From Trypanosoma brucei (taxonomy: Eukaryota): a stretch of 64,000 bases of DNA. The stretch covers positions 1,824,001 through 1,888,000 of the forward strand of contig CP000070.1 of assembly GCA_000002445.1 (NCBI GenBank), written 5' to 3'. Positions 11,501 to 18,412 of this stretch are shown in pieces (within the stretch, counting starts at the first letter, position 1; the number at the start of each line of letters is the position of its first letter). The notes beneath the pieces are model-generated. The model saw only the letters and a list, made by a program, of their open reading frames with translations. It was not told where the DNA came from and searched no databases. The translations under genes and the position numbers were made by a program.

Positions 11501-14500
11501 GCTGATGGGCAGCATCATGTTCGTAAGCGAAATCCACCTCGTAATCTCCTTGTGAACCGGAATAGTTGAAAGTGTAGTGAACCGCAGCAGCGTACCCTGC
11601 GATAGGGATGACGCGACGCGCGAAATAACGCGGTTGTGCCTCGTGATGCACCATAGTTTCGTCAGTGGTGTTACTGTTGTCGCCACTGCGAGTAACGGTA
11701 TGTTGGCTCTCATCGCCTGTTGTGATACCACCATCCAGCCACTCCACAGAAGGCAACGCAAGCGTATCAATGGGTGACCCACTACCACGTCTATCCCCAC
11801 CGCTGAATTTATGAAACAGCAGATGTGGTGGTCGCTGACAGCGTCGCAGCGAAAACGTTTGTGTAACACTCCCCACCAAATTGCGTGCACTCCACATGGC
11901 TTCACACCACCGGTCCACCTCGACACCACATACAACCACTAAAGCATCAGCCGAGCCATTATACCCCTTCGTCAAATCTACTTTCTGTTTTTCCTTGGAG
12001 AAATATGGTGGAGCTGAGGCCTCTTGGCAGGGGCGGATGTCCCAGCGAACCTCCTCATCCTTCTGTGGTTCCCGTGGCGGTGACAGCGCAACACAACCGT
12101 CCTCCGTGTACACCGGCACGAACTCTGGCGCGACAGGTGGTGCAGGGACGGCAACGAGAGAAACAATGTACTCTACAACGCGTGGGGGACAGCGTGATGT
12201 ATAAGGGGCAGCTAGTAACTTATCCTGCACCGCTTCTCCCGGATCCTCCGCTATGAACTGTAGCGTCCCCTCTGGTAGCACTTGCCGAATGTTGGGTACA
12301 GCGGATGTGTTCAGTTCCGCGGCGTAAGTCTCGTCGACGGATATCAAGCTGATTGGAGGGTTGACAACCCACCGGCCCGTAATCTGTATATCTGTGTCTT
12401 TATCCCTCTCATCTAAGCTTTCCTCATGCTGACCAATTACAGGATGCGGAGGACGAACGGTCAACCGACGTTCATGCATCGGTAGTTTGACGTCAACCCT
12501 TCTAGGCAAAGCAGACATTCGGCGCACAATGAGGACCGACGGCGAGCGTACCTCAATAACTGTGAGCCTCCCATCAGAAGAGATAACACGTGAAAGCGAG
12601 GGATCGAGAAAGCCTCCAAATGGTCCCTCATTATCATTGTCATCATCAACAACATCACTTCCCTGACGTTGCCGCAGTTGCTCGATGTGCTGTAGATATG
12701 AAGTATCCACTTCAACACGCACGACCCACATCAGCTCCGCTACCCCCCGCTTCAACATCTGCAATACACCGAAGTGGCTGCCTCCCATTCCCGTAGCGAT
12801 CCGACAGGGGCCAACGCCGCTTTCAGTGCACTTAAAGTGCCCCTCTACAACCTCCTGTGTACCACCCGACCGGGCCAAATCTTCCCATGGCAAATCCCCC
12901 GCGAGACGTATAAGCATCCGCTGCCGAGACCGCATCGTCTCTAACAGCCCTCTAAGCTCAAACGCCTCTAGCGAAATCCTGTCATCACAAACTGTAACTG
13001 GAGAAGTGACCGGCTCCAGTAGCAATGCCTGGACCGCCCACAACTCCTGCATCTCCAGTAGCACCGGCTCACACACCTCGTCCATGTCACGCACGTAGTA
13101 CGACAGTACGTTGCGGCCAACGGTAAGCGGGTACCAAACAAACGCTTCGGAGAATGGGTTGTGGGGTACATGGGGTGGTGAACCATCGCTCCCACGCACC
13201 TCATCGCTGGTTTGTGTACGGATCCAATACCCGGTATGGGATGGGCGCCCTTCATCAGGTAGCATGGCAAACGCTTGTTTCAGCTCTTCTCTTTCACGCG
13301 TGATGCGTGAAAGACGCAAGCGCCGGCCGACGCCAAAGTGAGGTTGTGTAACGTTAGAAAACTGCGCTGCTTTGCCTTCCAGTGTAAGAGGCAACCGTAA
13401 AACGAAAAGGCCGCTTAAGGTTTGCGTGGCAGCGCCACGAGAAACTGTTACCATCACGTTGTAAGTATGGTGCGGTATGACACTGAAGTAGCCGCTGGTG
13501 GTTATCTGTGGTTGAACCATTCCAGAGCCTTCCACCTCCTCTCTTAGTGCGGTATACAGGGAGACATTAAGTACAGCATTGGCTGCCCCTGTTACTGCAG
13601 TGGTATCTGTGATAATCCAATGCACGAGTGTTGCTGGAAGCAGTGCCGGTTGTAGAGTGAGAGACGCCGCCCACCCACCGTTGGCTAACTGTATAACAGG
13701 CTGACGAAGGACCTTCCCTTTAACATCCATTTCGGGTGTCACACTTCGGAGCTTTTGTCCCACACCACAATGCGATCCCAACCCAACTATAGATATTGGT
13801 GGTAGTGTGTCTGGCCGAGCGTGAAGCACAGGCATTACAAGCAGCGTGTGGGGGCACTTGCACTTTATTGCGACGTTAGAGACCCTGAGCTGGATATCGG
13901 CGGACGTACCGACAGCACCATCGACAGCACTGCCACTACCAACGCTACTATTACCAGTACGGGAACCGAGAGGCATGTCAAAGCCCCCACGGAGACCCGA
14001 AAGGGGGAGATTTAACGCAGTGGTTGTTGGCGGCTGTTGGAGCGGTACGCGACGAATGCCAGGCCCGACAGCACCGGTCACAAGCACAATTACGTCACCA
14101 TCACCATCATTACCCCGCTGCATCTCCTCAGCGGAAGGCACATGTGAACTTTCGTAACGGTGTGGCGGCTGTCGCTGAGTGTCAAATATAACAACCCTAT
14201 CACGGGGAAACATCCTCCGCTTCTCCCCAAGAGTTAAGGTATGAAACGGCGTGGACCGCAAGAGATCGTACAGGAAAGTATCGTAGCGAGATTGTTCCCG
14301 TAGCAACCGCCCGTTGAACTTATAACCGCAACACAAATTCAACTGAAGCGTGAGGTTGGCTGATACAAGGAAGCTTGCCGGCGTGAGTACGTCAGGGGCC
14401 GTGAAGGTTCCTGTGGCCCACACCATAGAGGCATGTGGACAGCCGTGATGTACCGAACATGGGGAAGATGAAACATTCGGCACGAGAAACTCGGACGATT

Positions 14501-14657
14501 TGAACAACTGCTCATTCAGTTCAGAAAGGTTATGTGGCGTCGCCTCAACTGATGCCTCCACAAATGCGTGTGTGGCGAGTGCGGCGATAATTACCGACAC
14601 CGTAAGAAATGCAAACGGCGGCCTCGACAGAACCCCATCTCCAACAACGCGCGTCAT
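5565..14657 (-). CDS. Very large (3030 aa) hypothetical protein. It has an N-terminal signal-peptide-like segment, a huge hydrophilic region and a C-terminal cluster of transmembrane helices
   Basis: A single uninterrupted 9093-nt ORF with a verified ATG (plus 14655-14657 'cat'). The N-terminus MTRVVGDGVLSRPPFAFLTVSVIIAALATHAFVEAS is signal-peptide-like. The C-terminus carries several hydrophobic helices (LIYYPLLLLHHVVTAVVGYAAL; TTMLFVALLFLCPLVEWLWVSLVLSLWAFVLY; LATAIVMIIHGLLWTFIL). No family motif was recognised by eye. Confidence 0.8.
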   Translation of the reverse strand: MTRVVGDGVLSRPPFAFLTVSVIIAALATHAFVEASVEATPHNLSELNEQLFKSSEFLVPNVSSSPCSVHHGCPHASMVWATGTFTAPDVLTPASFLVSANLTLQLNLCCGYKFNGRLLREQSRYDTFLYDLLRSTPFHTLTLGEKRRMFPRDRVVIFDTQRQPPHRYESSHVPSAEEMQRGNDGDGDVIVLVTGAVGPGIRRVPLQQPPTTTALNLPLSGLRGGFDMPLGSRTGNSSVGSGSAVDGAVGTSADIQLRVSNVAIKCKCPHTLLVMPVLHARPDTLPPISIVGLGSHCGVGQKLRSVTPEMDVKGKVLRQPVIQLANGGWAASLTLQPALLPATLVHWIITDTTAVTGAANAVLNVSLYTALREEVEGSGMVQPQITTSGYFSVIPHHTYNVMVTVSRGAATQTLSGLFVLRLPLTLEGKAAQFSNVTQPHFGVGRRLRLSRITREREELKQAFAMLPDEGRPSHTGYWIRTQTSDEVRGSDGSPPHVPHNPFSEAFVWYPLTVGRNVLSYYVRDMDEVCEPVLLEMQELWAVQALLLEPVTSPVTVCDDRISLEAFELRGLLETMRSRQRMLIRLAGDLPWEDLARSGGTQEVVEGHFKCTESGVGPCRIATGMGGSHFGVLQMLKRGVAELMWVVRVEVDTSYLQHIEQLRQRQGSDVVDDDNDNEGPFGGFLDPSLSRVISSDGRLTVIEVRSPSVLIVRRMSALPRRVDVKLPMHERRLTVRPPHPVIGQHEESLDERDKDTDIQITGRWVVNPPISLISVDETYAAELNTSAVPNIRQVLPEGTLQFIAEDPGEAVQDKLLAAPYTSRCPPRVVEYIVSLVAVPAPPVAPEFVPVYTEDGCVALSPPREPQKDEEVRWDIRPCQEASAPPYFSKEKQKVDLTKGYNGSADALVVVCGVEVDRWCEAMWSARNLVGSVTQTFSLRRCQRPPHLLFHKFSGGDRRGSGSPIDTLALPSVEWLDGGITTGDESQHTVTRSGDNSNTTDETMVHHEAQPRYFARRVIPIAGYAAAVHYTFNYSGSQGDYEVDFAYEHDAAHQLHVTASHFARTGLAVSDDRSGKSDEPNTFTDPDDSAAATTAGPLLLRRFVRPPTVGVSGSHEHGSNGKDNNEGIFSDEAAYWEMERHHRDYNIDRECDARFSHNNSQTGQYMQLHGLSNSSNYPFQYNVRLSLAAVAAAAELPSRKGAAAEFARRGMCLSRPGNISFLALNPRGLVDVIGVRDIAFCESTFNFSRHPWLHTKYHYDFTWTCENTATGRSSTDSNTADGVMMVEKRSPTFSILYQGSAGATPCKLTVYNALTETLESETFMLKRVHPAPVTLNFSVLSDNWAPGNCPMRRSGRQSNSFGSQSRTTAGKEGGEPLGKHQSSAAGMRTHWIVGKRAVLHVDAPADGRTSQWRAVTVVPAETTSVGTQRLLDSIQIIPLRQPHPRAILRGAGGATVLLNNIRVPGMYTLSHQHLDPVHPNVCPNVTVTETLHVTHARVLENELTVCGDTAVLTAAPLPQAINCSFTTRWEVVSVQTADNITLTDETNFSGIKFEDVSSPHTVVKGLPFGIVTVRWSVYASARTTDDDERRQKGQPGILVDYDTVRLLVLTENLRTTRLVTLSSSVEMLITGSTLGWVLVEPADRRASALLSARDPTLRVGRVYKNQTTSGIGGGGNNSGRSEDAPEETALFVGNLPVGTTHLQYELHASPRLFGAMLRKRCPFVQQRLLTIERVSAFLSVNTTLDHECDAYSGRGRFSICLHAEGIKPASSSNAVAAQEKPSSSNLGVHLVAPGDFENSIKSSAERLTASGCSLPWWVARTTRWSDIKVDNSRQCISFTVIATEHHLQSKEVSHHLFLAQEHLSMSQPCHHTGGDFVPSEVIEGASTWSVGGSAEDSSWFRFRSRPAAEASDGLSKFLPFMNPSTLVREDRAMRPLLGQLGVADIVASELDISERTYMHWERSNATDRGAGMKNGSRSVDVVFHLDRSQPGRMASFLHATSSHPYAGQKGEGSHDHHQEREVMESFLAKCVRGTLRGSEVLTYWTEVNHPDGAAGGTAPEWEEYVRHVGGAEVTCEPLFASLEQLLRLPDDTESTLRSRRASFVPSKEQKFVSQEVVEQQLKALREEFRLTREGIDVTGLRPEVQQALARRRITKSQLDEIEKARREKAEKDRQHAQQQQQLVLTAATAAMTAEERFVAAARLYEGVTGEGVYAIRVKLPYYASFSVPHNLFLRTALHKDLICGTNISVTSTAPASLVLFSRVEVMDEPPAVGASPPAIKQCEVEGRVPTIFINVSGTRFVSGGAFPPQNVLLEELQNPDVIEEGGGPEGSTAGVGLASCLAQMRAGMDVSVDSATRKHLRLQLSPCPSFQMLSPIEYNEQQESGQLLKRLQLPRLLRITMRDALVQDSHTQGRTTISFVVEVRPTLALLHLRSLPSQGDSLPVVWAATGRKRPLLLCEADMRRKGVELGVELIGDTWNEHVGEDEEGAANPGDYGYSSDDYDADDDSNAPIVEGSGGWAVVNAGSSLNTRRLRPGQSEGRSRAGVGKRKRSPHSVALLNSFSIVEHHSFDSVHHLFLQQGGVYRSHFVSYFFSEVLKDPGNGQQQRLIYRYNDTFIGVRITSERNMQKDTLSSGTHDKYYMGASLVVDDGTNLLPPIRPFSTIEEILFAVPGIATECQGCLLADSTFFVAGDLTGLWSSPSMLQTRYLQSSQPARSTFSAPLRIPFYDAAVVPREWRFTTMCPTAALVALRSLWHSWNNQGVQPFLVMELVVYSLRDMLGGEVPLARRPAAILTSVSVPLGHLLKQTHVKTAQGEEMIPEIMFNVNTSAAARAYAMMAADFVRYGRAHVHSVHDYVRDEPQSGGALAVNGSVFLKVCVPAIPHSSTRGDGTPSQVNLDPQCSVVSFTHSLLLMEEPYAGAPYASWYRILWGLIYYPLLLLHHVVTAVVGYAALQQLPVRRLLLLRSPQDLHTASIGLTTMLFVALLFLCPLVEWLWVSLVLSLWAFVLYHERRLATAIVMIIHGLLWTFIL

Positions 14658-14744
14658 CGCTAAGGAAGGGAAACGACTTCTATCACGTAAATAAACCTTC
14701 GTTCCCTTATCTTTTCTATGTTTACTTCGCTCGCTATGTTAGTG

Positions 14745-14790
14745 CCACCCTCAAAGACAACAACAACAACAATAATAATAATAATAATGG
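14745..14790 (-). promoter_or_regulatory. Candidate polypyrimidine tract for trans-splicing of the 3030-aa gene mRNA. Plus strand is (CAA)n(TAA)n; minus strand is (TTG)n(TTA)n
   Basis: Plus 14751-14790 reads caacaacaacaacaataataataataataatggtaatg, which is pyrimidine-rich on the minus strand. It lies about 90-130 nt upstream of the ATG at 14657. Confidence 0.3.
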
Positions 14791-15181
14791 TAATGTACGC
14801 AGCACTTGAGTGTGGGTGTGCTGTTACGTTCCCTCTCCCCTTTTCTTCTTTCCCCCCCCCTTTGCTTTGCTTTTTTGCTTCCGTCCCTCTTCTTCTTTTG
14901 GAACTTTTTCCACTCCTCCTGTCACCTCACCTTCAATCCCAGCGGTGCGCCTCTCAGGAGCTTGAAATGGATCAAAGTCCAAAGAAGTGACTTCAATTTC
15001 AGAAGAAGAAAAAAATGAAAAAAAAAAGGTGGACAAACGAAAGGATGAAAATGAGAAGTGAGCGATTAATCCAACAACAACAAAAAAAAAGTGTATGGAG
15101 GCGTTGAAGCAAGGTGAAAGAACCAAAAACAAAAAATAAACCCTTCCTTTTTGTTTGTTGTTGTTTTTTTTTTTGCCACGC

Positions 15182-15199
15182 GTGTGTGTGTGTGTGTGT
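15182..15199. repeat. (GT)9 microsatellite
   Basis: gtgtgtgtgtgtgtgtgt read directly. Confidence 0.8.
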
Positions 15200-16760
15200 T
15201 GGTGCATATGGATTAGAAGTTACGGAATCGGCTCATGGGAATTTAGTGAGCAAAATAAAAGGAAGATAACCGCATATTTGCCTGAGGAGGGGGGGGGCGT
15301 ATCCTCGGATTTCTCAGCCCTCATTTGTCGGCGGGATGGTGGTTTTCCTTTTTTTTTTTGTCCCACCCCCGCCACCAAAGCACATGTTTTCCTTTATTAT
15401 TATTGTTATTATTATTGTTATTATTTTACGATTGCTTTGTTGTTTTTGTTGTTTCCGTCTTACATGCATTTACTTATGAGTGCGAAGTTAACTCAACGCC
15501 ATACCGCAATGCAAACAATCCCAAGCAGAAGATTACCGACAACACAAATAGAAGAGAAATAAAGAGAGAGAGAAAGACAAAAGTAGAGGTAGAACTAAGT
15601 AATTTAAAAAAAAAGTGAAAAATCATTCTTCAAACAAAAAAATGAACAAATGAATGAATAGACGGGTGAACATATTTATAAAAGGGGGAAGGAAAAGAGG
15701 AAAGAAGAAAAAGGGATTAAATTAAGAATAGAAGTGTTTTCGCTACGAAGCAATAAGTTGCTCTTCCTTTTGTGACTATTATTTATTTATTTATTTTTCA
15801 CTTTCCCTCTCTCTCTCTTTTTTTTTTTTTTTTTGAGTGGGAAAAAGGTGCCGGTGGCACGTTAGGCGGAATCAAACAACAGCCACCAAATGAGGGTGGA
15901 GGAAGTCAAAAAAAGAAAAAAGAAAAAGGAACAAAAGAAAAGAAAAGAAAAGGAAGAAAACATAAACGTAAACGTGAACGTAATTCATATATTTTTTTTC
16001 TATTTGTTACCATAAAAGGGGGAAGAAAAAGAAGTAGAAAAATTTTAAAAAAAAAAGGAAGCGTAACATTACTTAACCCTGAAGCATGATGTGGCACCAC
16101 AGTTGTCAACACCTCTTCAACCCGTGACTAATCACTTGAAATACACATCCCACATGCAAAATATATATATATTTTTTTTTAGTTTTTTCTCTTCGTTTTT
16201 TTTGTTGTTTCTGTTTAATTTTGGCTTAGGTGATACGACTACCTTTTGTGCTTAATTCTTTATTTTGTTTTATCTGTTTGTTTCTTTTCGTTGCGCTTTT
16301 TATATATATTTCGTTGCCGTAACATATGCACGAAGACAAGAAAAAATAAAAAGAGGAGCATAGAAAAGAGTTATAACAACCAAAACGCCAAAATAAAACA
16401 AAGACAACCAAAAAAGAAAAAAAAGGAAAAAAAATGACGAAAGCGCAAATAAACAAAACAAATAAATAAATCATGAAGAAACGGGAGGAAGACGAAAGGA
16501 ACCCGGCCGATTGAACGACAGATTTGTAACATCTGAAGCGCTTAAAACAAAAAAAGAGGAAAGATGGAAAAAAAAAAGAAAAAGAAACACATGAGGGGCG
16601 TAGCCGCCATTTGCGACGTTCACATCATCCTTTAGGGTTTCATCACCATGTTCCAAATTCATATAAACGCATCACCAGCGCTATGTCTTTTTAAAAAATT
16701 AAAAATAAAAAATAAAAATAGAGATGGAAAGCAGGGAGAGAGAAGACGAAAAAAAAAAAA

Positions 16761-16778
16761 GAGAGAGAGAGAGAGAGA
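16761..16778. repeat. (GA)9 microsatellite within a poly-A-rich tract
   Basis: gagagagagagagagaga read directly. Confidence 0.8.
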
Positions 16779-18178
16779 AAAAAAGGCACATACAAGCACA
16801 TAAACACACATGCAAAACACAAGATTTTTAAAAATAAAAAAGTAAATGCACGCCTGTACACAGTGATGTTGTACGGCACATGTAAACACGAACGGGTGCA
16901 CTTTTTTCTTTTTATTTCTCAAAGCAGCTGGTTCCTTTCTTCCCTCAATCTTTCTCCTATTTGGTTAGCCATTTATTTCATTTTATTTATTTTTTCTTTT
17001 TTCTTTTTTTTTTTTCATCTTTCCTCTTTTTTTCTTTGATCATTCACTCCTTTTGGTTTTCCCCTTTTCTTTTTTCCTCAACTAATAAAATTCCACCACG
17101 ACATGACCACTTCCAAACACCTTTATACATCAACATTTACCGCCCGTCACTCCTTAATTGGGTACAACACAAAAGAAAAAGAAAGAAAGAAAGAAACATA
17201 CACACAAATATAAATATAAACATATATTTGTGTTTATATGTGGATGAATAAATGAGTGAATGAGTGAATACCCACACCAGAAATACCATTCGACAGAATA
17301 AAACTACCAAATGCAAAAAAAAAGGGAGAAGAAAAGAAAGGAAAGGAAAAGGAGGAAAAAGGCAAACCTAAATAAATCGAGACGAAAAGTGGAAGAAAAG
17401 AGGTCATTTAAGACTAAAGAGAAAAGATGAAGCAGATCTCTAAAAAAACAAAAAAGGAGTGGAAAGGATAAATATACACAGGAATATAAATAAAGCAGAA
17501 AAAGAAGGAACAGCAGAACGTAAAAACGTAAAAAAAAAAATTTAATTAATTATCAAAGCGTATCCTCCCACTCCTCCTTCACTGCTCATCTCCCGTTGTA
17601 AGTCGAGCAATGAGTCCATCGGCGAAATAAACAAAAATACTTATAATTGTAATACGCCTCCTCACATATGCCTAAAGAAAACGGGAATAAAAAGAGAAGA
17701 AGAGGAAGAAGCATATAAAAGATATAAAAGATGTAAAAGATATATATAAATACTACCAACTATATTCAGTGAATGCAAAACGCACGTATGATAAAGTTAA
17801 AAACTCGACTTTCTTTTTTTTTTTTCGCCCCCATCCCGTGCACTCGCAGCCATCGATGATGTTATTGTTGTTGTTTCATTGGGTCTTTCTTTTATTTTTT
17901 TTTCCTCTCTCTCTTCTTCTTTTTACCCCACTTGTGCTTTCTTTTTTTTTTTTTATTTTCTTCATTTTATCAAAGGTGGAATGATGGAGTAACCAAATCT
18001 GCCAAACATGCAGAGCTAAGAAAACATATGCAATCACCAATAGGTTCATTATGCTACCACATATCACCTCAACTGCGAAGAAAACATACTGTCGACGATC
18101 CGTGAGCCTCTTTTCCTTTCCTTTCCTTTTTATTTTTATTTTTTCTACAACCCCCTTCTCTTCTTCTTTTAAGTATAC

Positions 18179-18200
18179 ATATATATATATATATATATAT
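18179..18200. repeat. (TA)n microsatellite
   Basis: atatatatatatatatatatat read directly. A second (TA)n lies at about 18369-18391 and a (CA)10 at about 18262-18281. Confidence 0.8.
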
Positions 18201-18412
18201 TCGTGGAGTAAATCCAACAACTCACTCATTTCTGCACTTACTTTCGCTCCTCTTCCCCATGCACACACACACACACACACACGCTTCTCTGCTGTATCTA
18301 CTTGTATTTTAGCTACGCTGAATGCAAAAAAAAAAAAAGAAAAAAATGGAAAGGGAAAACATGCACAAATATATATATATATATATATATACCCGTTCAT
18401 GTACACCTTTGC

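Noticed and set aside
14824-18406. Several 100-180-aa minus- and plus-strand ORFs in the low-complexity gap (e.g. 14824..15207, 17876..18406, 26096..26515, 31075..31557, 31789..32226, 51889..52443)
   Set aside because: Their translations are poly-F/L/K/S strings produced by poly-T, poly-A and dinucleotide repeats, with no complex sequence. They are typical repeat-driven pseudo-ORFs.
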